Origin: Nitrospirota bacterium
GTDB lineage: Bacteria > Nitrospirota > Nitrospiria > 2-01-FULL-66-17
NCBI GenBank assembly: GCA_049325335.1
Contig: JBMOMC010000038.1
Location: forward strand, 1-64,000
Length of the DNA: 64,000 nt
Reading direction: 5' to 3'
Within the stretch, counting starts at the first letter, position 1. The number at the start of each line of letters is the position of its first letter. The notes under the pieces are model-generated. The model ran no database searches and was not told the origin of the DNA. It saw nothing but the letters and a program-made list of their open reading frames with translations. Position numbers and translations under genes: made by a program. Below are positions 38,101 to 48,400 of the stretch, piece by piece.

Positions 38101-41100
38101 GTTTTTACGCGCATCCGCTCACGTTCAGCGATCCCGGGACCATTCCGTCGCTGCCGGATCAGCCGCCGTTGCCGGGATCGTTTCCCGCGCCGCCGCAGGA
38201 GTGTCTGGATCATCCGGCCCCGCGCCTGCGCGTGGACAAGACCGTTAATGGGCAACCGGATATCAAAGTGGCGCCCGGGACCGAGGTGTCGATCGTCAAC
38301 AAGGTGACCAACACCGGGGCGGTCCCCCTCACCGGGGTGACCCTCACGGATCTGTTGACGAACAGGACCTACGGGCCGATCTCCTTGGCGCCCGGATCGA
38401 GCCGCGTGTTTCCCGCCGCGCGGTTTACGCCCACGCAATTCGGAAAAGAATTAATCGGTCCCACCGAGGCCGTCGGCTTCATCGCGGCCGGGGGCGTCGT
38501 GCAAGCATGGGACAGCGTGGTGATCGACGTGATGGCGCCGCCGTGCGACAACGCCATCGTGCTATTGAGTCCGGACCCGAATCCGTACAACCCGACGAAC
38601 GGCGATCCGGTGTCCGAGGTCATGCAGGGGGGCTCGTTGTACCGGCATTACCGCGTGCTGGACGCGCGCACCGGGGCGCCCATTGCCACTGCCACGGTCG
38701 GGTTGCTCGTGAACGGTGCGGCCCAGACCGCGCAGACGGACGCGGACGGGTACATGATCCACACGCTCGTTCCGGATGAGACCGATCCCTTGGGACTGAA
38801 GATCGAGGCCGGGGCCATCGGCGCGCCAGGCACGACGGTGCCGGTGGTATTGGTCAGCGTCAACGGCAACCCCAGCACGTGCGGACAGCGCTTTGACGCG
38901 ACGGTGAATCCCCGCGAATTTACCCGCGCGATCAAGGCGGGATCGAGCATGAAGCTGGCGGCTTCGTTCGCCGCGATGACGGTCAACGGCAAAGAAGGCT
39001 TCGGCATGGATCTGAGCCTCGACGGCACGCCGGCCGGGGATACCAAGCTGACCTTCGGTCGCACGAACAACGTGGAACTGGGTGTGGGGGTCAAGGCCAC
39101 CGCGGCCAAATTCCGTGTGAAGTTGATCGGCACGGCGTCGCTGGCCAACGTGGGAGTCAGCGCGGGCGCTTCGGGATTTCTCATGCTGAGCGACAAATAC
39201 GAGTTTCCGTTCCCATTGAATCTGGACAGCACGTTGGCGCTCGGCCACCTGTTCCTCGGGACATTGAGTCTGGCGTCCAACAGCATGAATCCAGCATTGG
39301 GCGGACCAGTCACGGCACGGTTGCTGGACGAGGTCTACAACCGGTTCTTGGGCGTGGACGCGTATCGCGTGTCGTACGGTCCGTCGATGGGGCTCAAGGT
39401 CACGGCGGGAGGGAGCCTCACCGGGCCGGTCGTGAATCTGCAAAGGACCGGCATTCCCTTGCTCCAAGACGTCGGGCTGCGCATCGGGGTGGAGGGATCG
39501 GTGGACGCGGCGGTGACCGCGGCGTTTACCATGAAGCCCCCTAAAAATGAGTTCGTGACCAGCGTGGAGTACAACGCGGCCGCGAACATCTCGGGCGGGT
39601 TGGACGTCGGGAAACTCAGGTCGCTTCCTAATGCCCCCAAGCCGTCCGCGATCGCCAAGACCGTGGATGACGTGAAGTTTCGTTTCAACGGCGGCATTTC
39701 CGGCAGCATCAAGTTCGCGACGACCATCGACACGGCCGCGAGTCCGCTGGAACTCAAAAAAGTGGAGGTGTCGATCTCCGGCCAGAAAGGCTTCGGGTAC
39801 AAACTGCCGTTCGGTCAGCAAGCCGGGGCTGACGTGTCGGCGCTCGGGTACACCGACTCTACCGAGTTCGCGGTGACCGACCCGGCCAAGATCGATGAAG
39901 CGGTCACGACCATCACCACCATTCAACTGCTCGCCCCGCTGTACGCGAGCCCGGTCACCACGGAACTGATCGGCCCCTCGTTGTTGGGCGAGCGGATCGC
40001 GGAACTGGTTCGTCTGTTCGACCAGTATGAAGACAAGCGAGAGCGAGGACAAGGCGTGGAACTCCCCGTGGGCTTGGAAGGCGCGCTGTTCGGAACCGGG
40101 CTGGAGGGCGAAGTGGCGCTCAAGTTGGATCGGAGCGTTGAGTACGCGACGGAAAAGGGCGCGGTGCGGGACGGACAGAAGTTCAAACTCGAAACCTACG
40201 ACAAGAATGATCCGCTCGTGCCTCCATCAGGCATGCCGGTGGTCGAGTCGATTGTGGATCAAATGATCTCGGCCATCAGCCATGAAATCGTCTCCGCGTT
40301 CACGCGCGTGGTGAGCGCGATCGTGCCCAATCCCACGAATCCGTTCTCGATGATTCCCGTACGATTTTCGCCGTCGGGCGCGGATCTCACGATCAACAAT
40401 GCGGCCGAGCCGCAAGCCTTTAACGTGGACTTATTGGCCTACAAGTATCAGCCGATCTCCGGGCCGGTGGGGCCCATTGTTCAGGATCCGTCGGACGCCG
40501 CCGGGCCCGGCGACAAGCCGCACTTCGGGGTGGGCGGATTTTTCCAGTACGGCCCGTATGGGAAAACGCTGGCCGCGGCCGCGACATTGACCATTTATTA
40601 CGAGCCGTACGAGGTGGCGAGCCTGGATGAGTCGTCGCTGGCCATCTATAAGTGGAACACCGCGGCGTTGGACTGGGAGTATGTGGGCGGGACGGTTACG
40701 CCCATCGGGACGGGACTCTTCGGCAGCGTGACCGCGCAAATCAATGCGCTGGGCCTGTACACCCTGGCGCCGGCCATGCCCAGCGGGAAATTCGGGTACA
40801 CGGCGACGGCCACGGTCTCGTCCGGCCAGCCCGCGACCACGACGGTCCATTACACCAGTCAGTCGCTCCGGATGAATCACGGCGGCGCGGTGCCCGACGG
40901 CACACTGTTCACCGTGCTCACGTCGTGGCCGGATGCCAGCGCCGTGGTGCCGTTCGGGACCGTGACTACGCCGGATGAGGACCTGTTGACCGACGGTGTG
41001 CAGGTGCGGTCTCAGAGCGGGGTGATCCGGTTCACCGCGGAGTATCCGGGCGCGTTTGGGGCGGTGCGCGTGTTGGCGTATCCGACCGAAGGCACGGCGT

Positions 41101-41129
41101 TCGGTGAACAGATGATGGTGTACCCATGA
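32175..41129 (+). CDS. ~2980-aa secreted protein with transglutaminase-like domain and multiple Ig-like domains
   Basis: Signal-like segment; TGase-fold motifs ANDADQA..LVALLRAAG.PARFV.G, HTWVE, W..LDPS; Big_1-like (V.D.DGRPV.GA.VTF) and DUF11-like (VTNTG.VPLTGVTLTD) domains. Confidence 0.85.
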   Translation: MEGSRNSMFMAGSVGPRVRGHTDSGISWRARLLPGLAFACLVGLGFGIAAPPSVAAGTDVSSDVGNRLDAELQTLRGTADAILSDLRAGGTGSSGLDALRGSADRVRALDTLVRGRFGRVEATLREHSASSALLGRRDAAAAAYEAAADAVLASLSALDAASRGDRAVLTGVLERLINALADVTPSQEDRRPLGIDLPYHPLDLPTVSPRRTPTVTPAYLAASLVAPAPEDLAGTTSDAVAAQAEASGYDPIALFEFVQQSIDTEFYDGVLKGADGALRERRANDADQAVLLVALLRAAGTPARFVHGVIEISAEQAAAWTSVGSAQRAADLFGRAGIPYEPVRRGGGIGAFRIEHTWVEAYVSYGNYRGAPLDTGGKAWVALDPSFKAYRYETGLDVLGEMGFSADALATEYLAQPQTMDPVAVLRARITEYLTANRPGASIDQAMGRRVLDEPRAGLLPNTLPYATVAVTDEFAALPTERTHRVRVRAAADNGDAFDVTLPASEFVGHRITLSYVPATVEDHVAVNAFLRLDNTPAYLVALRPVLKVDGVVRAAGERSVRMGAYHDLTIELHGTRGSAETTDSLLAGGYYALGFGSHAAAYTPSSEPSPRDTEPPAGDLLFQMASEYLDAWNRAEEDLAAMTRVAVVRPLPSVVMVGSVYGRTVLFGRPQTVDWRGVFVDANFRASDAIPAGNDATRAGAFLRLSGLAGSVLERSVLAQKLGAEAVSTVSLIQSARANGEPIEEIDASNASVIASLSTSDNVKAEVTDAVNRGWRVTIPRSDLIRDRFHGIGYIVRDPASGGAGYFISGSLAGGITINDARNWVEQAYADALHFAYTPPPNPDPTAALYIFKVAISNNQNGIAGEPAESPLFVWVLDRDGRPVMGADVTFQIVSGGGQFDAAGAQSVTATTDYLGIAAATPIWGRHTADAPFYLMANAGDPQPTQVGHNLVTARVQGSGGHIPLSAPFQAFAYPGEPHHIRKVLGEGNQSLAGTAAGTLRARVEDQYDNTISNIDVLFRVVPAEPRVGAALPSSAQNMVVYSQDPPCPNENPVIGDCGGVASLAVTTSVFGASVETILGDTIATRYGVQASVPSAPGVAAETFALFAVGRRDYDAPGYAPPTLMMSQLSLVNDRGELLNSAKVGTSFARPLGVALYLIEDRFLMVPTGAPCGPNETDPPCYEVRSLATSRIRPVDIQRTGPDITYPTVTPDAVSVPKQSETANIAFNAIAGGGSVVPPVQNAPGHGLGQGRYEAVLTVGSNPVLNRVEVDATATIWLPDINLHASSAAGTVTPRLVTMRPGQDFLGLVNHDPLQPRFGGNPLTVTHEVFGVRATIPTPPVALIGPSGLVAFDADVNYLIEPAGYAAQTADVDLFEVKTGAPDEWLGYVVGDHASGAGAGTILQGMFFNPAKRYRAKVVLNRGSEVELASGLESLDAYLREPLRLDFGSKKHAEEQHRQKKERDLAAIFQAEKAALVGVIQQGLIEGAACGIPTGAPIAIIEQGSGACFWKDRFATDPVGTCAAFQPEVSDHDYEVFVPSAYMPGTDTSGAACLVNHLNKAGQDSELADVTFFPMSKEDFERGRLNVMPPVVPGGSDPTGDLGLGRQSLLLKWLLEGEYVTGIAGLSVPAVGGQVRPLDAILEDLRTTPYMDGEPTGIPRLEGHEWAALQEFNLFKSGAHLRLKGQAVDQRSGLFERLQKEVHDVAKAGIRAVMARLATDERANRRLFIARPEYNSGAGCLTGTEDPSRPRPPASLFPKRCDSFEEHVASTAVKSLRDGYGLFTPEQTAMIYNLYRVKADATCAAPGCTTRIMDEAEANRFVASAYDLIRQVSADTEAIYLSTVGNDSANAVQRAANLSTARTKALEAQATVKRTPTTRVLNASVLSFENVEVAQDSDATNGVTPPRHVVPVVDFGERFLDVARTVSGSPILDPNGDEQPLMKTALPGDQTRYVRALLDPNHTIRQCEPTANFTGFYAHPLTFSDPGTIPSLPDQPPLPGSFPAPPQECLDHPAPRLRVDKTVNGQPDIKVAPGTEVSIVNKVTNTGAVPLTGVTLTDLLTNRTYGPISLAPGSSRVFPAARFTPTQFGKELIGPTEAVGFIAAGGVVQAWDSVVIDVMAPPCDNAIVLLSPDPNPYNPTNGDPVSEVMQGGSLYRHYRVLDARTGAPIATATVGLLVNGAAQTAQTDADGYMIHTLVPDETDPLGLKIEAGAIGAPGTTVPVVLVSVNGNPSTCGQRFDATVNPREFTRAIKAGSSMKLAASFAAMTVNGKEGFGMDLSLDGTPAGDTKLTFGRTNNVELGVGVKATAAKFRVKLIGTASLANVGVSAGASGFLMLSDKYEFPFPLNLDSTLALGHLFLGTLSLASNSMNPALGGPVTARLLDEVYNRFLGVDAYRVSYGPSMGLKVTAGGSLTGPVVNLQRTGIPLLQDVGLRIGVEGSVDAAVTAAFTMKPPKNEFVTSVEYNAAANISGGLDVGKLRSLPNAPKPSAIAKTVDDVKFRFNGGISGSIKFATTIDTAASPLELKKVEVSISGQKGFGYKLPFGQQAGADVSALGYTDSTEFAVTDPAKIDEAVTTITTIQLLAPLYASPVTTELIGPSLLGERIAELVRLFDQYEDKRERGQGVELPVGLEGALFGTGLEGEVALKLDRSVEYATEKGAVRDGQKFKLETYDKNDPLVPPSGMPVVESIVDQMISAISHEIVSAFTRVVSAIVPNPTNPFSMIPVRFSPSGADLTINNAAEPQAFNVDLLAYKYQPISGPVGPIVQDPSDAAGPGDKPHFGVGGFFQYGPYGKTLAAAATLTIYYEPYEVASLDESSLAIYKWNTAALDWEYVGGTVTPIGTGLFGSVTAQINALGLYTLAPAMPSGKFGYTATATVSSGQPATTTVHYTSQSLRMNHGGAVPDGTLFTVLTSWPDASAVVPFGTVTTPDEDLLTDGVQVRSQSGVIRFTAEYPGAFGAVRVLAYPTEGTAFGEQMMVYP

Positions 41130-41995
41130 GGGAGCGGAGCGTGATGACCGGACAGTGGATCTGGCGCGTCGCCTTGGCCGCGATCGTCCTGCTGGGGGTG
41201 GCGGATGTGCGAGCGGCGGTGGCGGAGCGTACGGGACGGGCGGTGGCGGAGGTCGGGAATCAGTCCATCGCGGTGGAGACGTTTGAAGCACGCCTGGCCG
41301 CGGAACGCAAACGGGCGGTGGCGGAGAATCGGGTCGACGCGTTCGGCTCGCCCGCTAAACGGAAACTGCTCGATCAATTGGTCGAGACCAAGCTGTTTGC
41401 GATCAACGCGCGTGCCGCCGGGCTGGATCAGCGGCCCGACGTGAAGCGCAAGATCGAAGAGGCGGTGGACGATGTGCTGGCGCGAGCCATGAGGGACGAT
41501 GTGGCGGCGTCCCTTGATCTCAGTCAACCGGCTCTTCGCGCCTATTACGACGCGCATCCCGGCGAGTTCGAGGTGCCTGGACGGGTACGGGCGCGTCACG
41601 TGGTGGTCAAGACGCGCCCCGAGGCCGTGGCCCTGCTTGGGAAGTTGAAACGGGGCGCGGACGTTGCGGCGTTGGCGCGGGAGCAAAACATCGACTCCAC
41701 GCGCGAGAGCGGGGGCGACCTGGGCTGGGTGAAGCGCGGCGTGATGGTGGCGCCGTTCGAGACCGCGTTGTTCGCATTGCACGCGGGCGAGCTCAGCCCG
41801 GTGGTACAGACCTCCTACGGGTTTCATGTGATCAAGGCCGAGGAAATCGAATCACCCAAGCCCAAGCCGTTCGACGCGGTTGCGGGGGAAATTCGTGAGA
41901 CGCTCATCGCGAAGGACGTCGAGCGGTTGCGGGCCGAGTTGGCGACGCGTCACCGGGTCACGGTTCACGAAGAGGCACTCAAATCCATCCGCTGA
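41126..41995 (+). CDS. secreted parvulin/PpiC-type peptidyl-prolyl isomerase (PrsA/SurA-like)
   Basis: Signal peptide; VRARHVVV, GGDLGW..RG.MV.PFE.ALF, PVVQTSYGFHVIK. Confidence 0.95.
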   Translation: MRERSVMTGQWIWRVALAAIVLLGVADVRAAVAERTGRAVAEVGNQSIAVETFEARLAAERKRAVAENRVDAFGSPAKRKLLDQLVETKLFAINARAAGLDQRPDVKRKIEEAVDDVLARAMRDDVAASLDLSQPALRAYYDAHPGEFEVPGRVRARHVVVKTRPEAVALLGKLKRGADVAALAREQNIDSTRESGGDLGWVKRGVMVAPFETALFALHAGELSPVVQTSYGFHVIKAEEIESPKPKPFDAVAGEIRETLIAKDVERLRAELATRHRVTVHEEALKSIR

Positions 41996-42408
41996 TGCGA
42001 GCGATTCTCGTTGGGGCGCTGCTGACCGGGGTGTGGCACTTGCCCGCCGCGGTTAACGCGGCCGAGTTCGGCGCGGACCAGCCGGTCACGTCGCTAACCC
42101 TGATCGCCAGCGACGATGTGCGGGCCGTGGTGCGGTTCGGCCACGGGCCGCAACTCACGATCGCGGTGGGCGATCGCGTGGGCCAAACGCGCGCCGAGGT
42201 GCGTGAAATCGCGCCGGGCCGGGTGGTGCTCGATGACGCGGCCACGGAAACGAGTGGACGGATCAATCGAGCCGTCGTGGTGTTGAGCGAAGGCACACCG
42301 GGTGGCACGCGGTATACGTCCGATCCCGGTACGGTGCCGCCGAAGGCCGTCAAGCCGGTGGTGACCGCGCCGCCGGGAACGGATCGAGGGAACACGAGCG
42401 GACGGTGA
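41995..42408 (+). CDS. small secreted protein with PilP/GspC-HR-like beta domain
   Basis: Signal peptide; AVVRFGHG..LTIAVGDRVGQTRAEVREIAPGRVVL; start and stop overlap the neighbouring genes (TGATG). Confidence 0.7.
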   Translation: MRAILVGALLTGVWHLPAAVNAAEFGADQPVTSLTLIASDDVRAVVRFGHGPQLTIAVGDRVGQTRAEVREIAPGRVVLDDAATETSGRINRAVVVLSEGTPGGTRYTSDPGTVPPKAVKPVVTAPPGTDRGNTSGR

Positions 42409-45400
42409 TGTCACGCACTGCATTACATAGGGCTCAGGCTCCACGGCGCGCGCTTCGGGCCGCGCTCGCCGGATGGCTCACGGCCGTCTCGTGGCTCACG
42501 TTCGCCGGGTCGGCATCCGCCCAGAGCCTCTATGCCAAAACCGTGGAGGATCGCAGCCACGTCACCGTGATGGAGTTCGGCGGCGTGTACGATCGCCAAC
42601 CCGAGGCCAACCGAACGTATGAACAGGCGGTTCGGGAGGCCATCGCCAAGGAATTCTTCCGCACGCACGCGGACGACTACGATATGCTCGTGACGTTCAC
42701 GCGGTTCCCGTACGCCCTGGGCACGGACGGCGAGGGCCTGCGGGTGGGTGGACGGTACTACAGCATCAAGAACGACGTGCAAGGCATCGGACTCGACCTG
42801 TTCGACTACTCCGCGCAGGCGGGCAGTCGCGGCAGACTGCAGGGCTACATCGACATGGGGCAGATCGACTCACGCGCCGCGGACCCCACGGATCCTTCGT
42901 TCGAGGAGACCTTATCGGTCCTGGCGCACGAGTTCGCCCACCGTTGGTCCGCCTTCGCCGCGTTTCAGGACGCGGGCGGGGCCAGGAGCATGGCGTTGTT
43001 GGGCCGCGACGGCGCGCACTGGAGTTTTCTCCTCAACAGCCAGAACTCGGTGATGTACGGCAACGAGTGGCGGGACAACGGCGACGGCACGTTCACCGCG
43101 GTCGGCCGTTCGCGCAGTTTCTACAGTCCACTGGATCTATATCTGATGGGCATGTTGGACCGCAGCCAGGTCCCGCCGTTTACGCTGATCGACAGCCCGG
43201 ACGTTGAGCCGGATCGTTTGCCCGAGGTCGGCGCCACGATCACGGGCACGGCGCGAACCGTCACAATCGACGACGTGATCGCGGCGCTCGGCGAGCGCGT
43301 GCCTTCGGCGGCCAACGCGCCGAAGCGGTTCAAACTGGGGTTCATCTTCCTGGTGCGTCCAGGCGAAACCGCGGACGGCTTGGAACTGTCTCGCATCAAC
43401 GCGATTCGCGACGGGTTCGCCACGCGGATGGTGATTCTGACGGGCGGGAAGTTGATCGCGGAAGTGTATCCGGACGCATTGCCGGCCGCGCCCGACTCGC
43501 CGCCCGCAGTGCTTCCGCCGTCGAGCGGAGCGCGGAGTACGCCTACAGACCTGGTGCAGGGCGTGGACTGGCTCCTCGCGCAGCAGGCCCAAGACGGCGC
43601 GTTCCGCGATACCCAGGCCACCGCGGTGCGTGATACCGCGAACGTGCTGGACCTGCTGCGCGAGATTCCTTCCACATATCTGTCGCATCAGCGCGGCCTG
43701 GCGTGGTTGACCTCGCTGACCGCGGCGGACAACGTGGATACGGTGTCGCGCCGAACCCTCGCGTTGTCGCCACAGTACGCGGCGCCTGACGCCACGTTCC
43801 TGATCGAAGCCGAGAACGCCTTGGGAGGCTGGGGCTTGCGGCGCGGGTATCTCAGCGACCCGCTCGACACGGCCTTGGCCTTGCGCGCGTTGGCGGACGT
43901 GGGTCAGGCGTCCGGCCTGCTCGGCCGCCGGATCGATGTGGAGATTCGCGGCACGCGCTACCTCGGGGTTCAGCCCGATATCGGTCTGCTCCTGTCGACG
44001 CAAAACGAGGACGGAGGCTGGGGCCTCAAACCCGGCGCGTCCAGCTCGATTCTCGCCACCGCCGCGGTCATGCGATTGGGCGAGCGTTACGCCGACTCGC
44101 ACCTGAATGCGGCGTTGGCGTCCGCGTTCGCGTGGTTGTCCGCGCAACAACGTGCCGACGGCGGATTCGGCGACCACGCCAGCACGCCTTATGAAACCGC
44201 CGAGGCCGCGCTGATCCTGCTGAAAACCACGTTCCCCAAAGCGAGCCTGATCGCGGCGCTCGACTATCTGCGCGGCACACAACTCGCGGACGGGAGTTGG
44301 AACGAGAGCGTGTACCAGACCGCGTTGGCGATCCGCGCGCTGAAGACCGCCGAACTGCCGAACGCGTCGGTAAGCGCGTCGCAGATCGTCATGATGCCCG
44401 CGAGTCCGGTCGAGGGGCAAGCGGTCGCGCTCCGCGTCCACGTGGCGAACGACGGGGTTCAAGAGTTCCGCGATGTGGTCGTGCGGATCTTCGACGGCGA
44501 CCCGGCCGCGGGCGGCGCGCTGATCGGGAGCGACGTGACGATCCCCCTGTTGCCGCCCCTGGCCCAGGTTCCCGTCGAGGTGGTCTGGGACACCACGGGA
44601 TTGGCTGGCGAGCACCGGATCGTGGTCGTGGTGGACCCGGACAACGCGATCGTGGAGTACAACGAGGCGGATAACCGCGCCGAGAAGACGATCGTGGTTC
44701 GCACGCCGCCGGTGGAACCGGACCTAGCGGTCGTGACCGCGGATCTCGCGTTCTTGCCGGTGTTCCTGCAGACGATTCCACAGTCCGAGATCTTGTCCGT
44801 CCGCGTCACCAACAACGGCCAGACCGCGGCGAGCGGGGTCGTGCTCCGCGTGTACGACGGCGATCCCGCGACGACCGGCGTTCAGGTCGGCGAGACGACG
44901 GTTGACGTGCCGGGTCGCGGCCATGCCCCCGCGTCGGTGTCGTTCGATGTCACGCGAACCGGCAGCCACCGGTATTGGGTGGTGCTCGATCCGACCAACG
45001 CCATCGTCGAAGCCGACGAGACCAACAACCGGGCGGCCATCACTTTGCCGGTGCAGAGCACGCTCGACTTCTTCGTGAACCCGGCCAGCGTGACATTGTC
45101 GCAAAGTCCGATCGCGCTCGGTACGAATCTGGTGGTGTCCGCCACGGTCGGCAACTCCGGAACCACGGACGCCTTCGGCGTGCAGCTTCGGGTGAGCCTG
45201 GACGATCCGGCCGGAGCGATCGACCTGGGCACGCAGACACTCGACCTGCCGTCCGGCGCCATGCGACCCGTATCCATCACGTGGCGCACGAGCCGGGCGG
45301 TCACCGGAGCGCCGGTGGTGATACGGATCGACGCGGATGACCGGTTCCCGGAAAACTCCGAGGCGAACAACGCGGCGAGCGTTCCGCTGACCGTGCAAGG

Positions 45401-48400
45401 CTCGACCGCGCCCAATCTCCGGGTGGCGTATCAGGACCTTGTGGTCAGCGCGCCGACTGATCAAGGCGGCACCGCAACCATCTCGGTGCCGGTCTCCAAT
45501 AACGGCTTCGCGGACGCGACCAACGTGGATGTGGTGTTCTACGAGGGCGCGCCAGAGGCCGGCGGCGTAGCCATCGGCGCGACGCAGCGGATCACGAGTC
45601 TGGCGCCCGGGGCGCAGACGCTGGTCTCCACCACATGGGGACCGATCCAGGCCGCGGGCACGCGGCTCATCACCGTGGTCGTGGATCCGGTAAATGCCCT
45701 GTCGGAGTTCGACGAGGAGGACAATTCTGCGTTCGTGACCGCGATCGTACGGTCGCGGCCCGACTTGTCCGTGACGGGTGCGAGCCTCGCCTTCTCGCCC
45801 GCGTTTCCCAGGGCGGGTGACGTGGTGGCCATCACCGCGTCGGTTTCCAATCTCGGCGACCAGCCCGCTTCGAACGTCCGCGCGAGGTTCTTCGACGGCG
45901 ATCCGGCTTCCGGCGGCGCGCAGATCGGCACGGATCAGGTCATCGCAACGATTCCCGGACTCGGCCAAGGCCAGGTACAGGCGGCCTACACCGCGTCCGA
46001 TTTGGGGACTCGCGCGATCTGGGTGCAGGTGGACCCGCTGAACGAGATCGTGGAACAAAGCGAGGCAAATAACAACGCGTCCAAGACGCTCGGCGTGCAG
46101 GACGCGTCCTTGTATTTCTCCAACGTGTATTTTTCGCCCAACGGCGACGGCGTGCAGGACTCCACGGACCTGTTCTTCCGCCTGGACGGCGCGCAGTCCG
46201 TCTCGTCGGTGCGAATCTTGAATCGTCACGGCGGACTCGTTCAGACCGCGTCCATGCCCACCCCTGCGCCGTCCTCCGGCAGCGTGCCGTGGGACGGGAC
46301 CGATGACCTCGGCAAGGTCGTGGCGGACGGGGAGTACACGTTCGTACTGGTCGCGCCGGACGGCCGGGATCTGGCGTCGGCCCGAGCCGTGGTGGACAAC
46401 AACGCGTTGTCGGTCATGGACGCGTTCGGTACCAAGTACCTGTTGGAAAACAACCTGACCTGCCAACGCCGGATCTTGATCGGTGACGGGTACGTGGTGC
46501 CGTATTACGAGGCGGGATGGCTGGCGGACGATACCGGCCTGGTGACCTGGGTGCCGACCATGGCGGTCACTACGTTTTATCACTGGAGCATTTTTGGGAC
46601 GTACACCATCTATGCGTTCTCCGAGGAGCCGGTCGGCGTGTACGTGACCGCGCCGGACGGCGCATCGCGACGCGTCACGCCGGATAGTTGGGCGATTCAT
46701 CAACCAGCGGGTGACGGCACGCAGATCCTTGACGTGAAAATCTCCCCGGATCAACAGAAAGTGTTGATCGCCACGTACCGGTATCGGATCAACGGGTACC
46801 CGTACGGCGGGTACAACCAGTTCCAGGTGACGAGCCCCGTCGAGTACTGGGTGGTCAATATCGATGGGTCCGGATTGGTCCGGGTGGTGAGCGCGAGCGG
46901 ATCGACGGCTACCGCACAGTGGGCGCCTGACAGCACGAAATTTTTGTTCTACAACTATGATCGCAACAGCGCGGACCACGCGAACATCCATATTGTGGCG
47001 GCCGATGGCAGCGGGGAAACGAGCTTTGTGTGGCGCGATCCCGCGATCAATGACCAGAGCTTTAACCATGCCGCGTGGTCCAAGGACGGCAGTCGGGTAT
47101 TGTACTCGGTGCTCGATGTGCAGCCGGCGACGGCCCCGGTCTACGCGAACCGGGTGTACGCCGTAAACCCGGACGGCACCGGCAAGGTCGTGGTCGGCAC
47201 GTCGGAGATTTACGGGTTCGGCAACCTCTACGGCGTCATATGGCTCGCGAACGATCGTTTCGCCATGCCCACGCAGGGCGTGATGACGCCGGACGGCTAC
47301 TTCACATACGGTAACATGGAGTACGGCCTGTGGCTATTCTCCACCACCGGTGATGCGCCGCAGCCGTTGACTCCCGGCATCTCGAATATCAGCGGGGAAA
47401 TCGCGCCATCACCGGACCAGCGATCCATCGCCTTTGTGGGATACGGCTGCGGTGTCAACTGCGACGGCGGTGGCAATCAAACGTCGACCGGCATTTGGCG
47501 CGTGGGCGTCGAAGGCCGGCCCGAACAAGTGTACGCGCCGACGCCTGATAACCAGGGGATCGGCTTCTTGAAGTGGTCTCCGGACGGATCGCGTCTGGCG
47601 TTTCGCGAGATTGTGATCACCCACGTTGAATATTGCGATGACGGCGAGGGCGGCGAGTACTTCTGCGGGCAAGGCTTCCCGGCCGCCGGCATCATCGACC
47701 TGGCTGATCGCTCCACGAATCTGATTCCTCTCTCGCCCCCCGGTGAACGGTATTCGTGGAGCGATTTCCAGATCCTCGGCCTGTTCCCGGAAGGCGACAC
47801 CGTGCTCATTCGAGATCCGGCCAGTCTGACGGCCTGGAGTCCGTCGGTCGGGCGACAAACGATTCTTCCGGTTGACGCCTACACCTGGCTGAACGACGCG
47901 CGATTCACGCCGTCGGGCAAGTACCTCCTCTACGGATCGAGGCGCGAATCGTTTGACGCGTCCGCGCCCTGTTGGAAGGGATCGTACAGCGTGGATACGT
48001 TCGCCATGACCTCGCTGCTGAACCTGACCGCGCAGATGACGTTCCAGCGCCAGGGCTCGCAGATCGTGATCCGCGGGATCGCGGAGGACCGAAACTTTGC
48101 GGACTACCGGTTGGAGTACGCGCCGGTCACGGCGCCCACGGCGTGGTCGCCGATCGGCGAGCCCAGCGAGGTGCCGGTGATCAACGGCGAATTGGGCCGA
48201 TGGATTCCGCCGTCCGAAGGCGCGTTCTTCGTGCGGCTACTCGCGCGCGATCGGGCCGGCAACCTGGCGCAGGCGAGAAAGCGCATCACCTGGGGGCTGG
48301 CGCCGAGCATCACCAATGTGACGGTGACGCCGCGCATGTTTTCGCCCAACAACGACGGCAGCGGCGACTCGGTGACCATCAACTATCTGGTCCTGGGCCC

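Noticed and set aside
43540..44370. Squalene-hopene cyclase or alpha-2-macroglobulin
   Set aside because: Only QW-like repeats are present; no DXDD catalytic motif or CxEQ thioester motif.
35493..47069. Long antisense ORFs (e.g. 35493-37478, 38562-40052, 44724-47069)
   Set aside because: Shadow frames of GC-rich coding sequence with no recognisable motifs.
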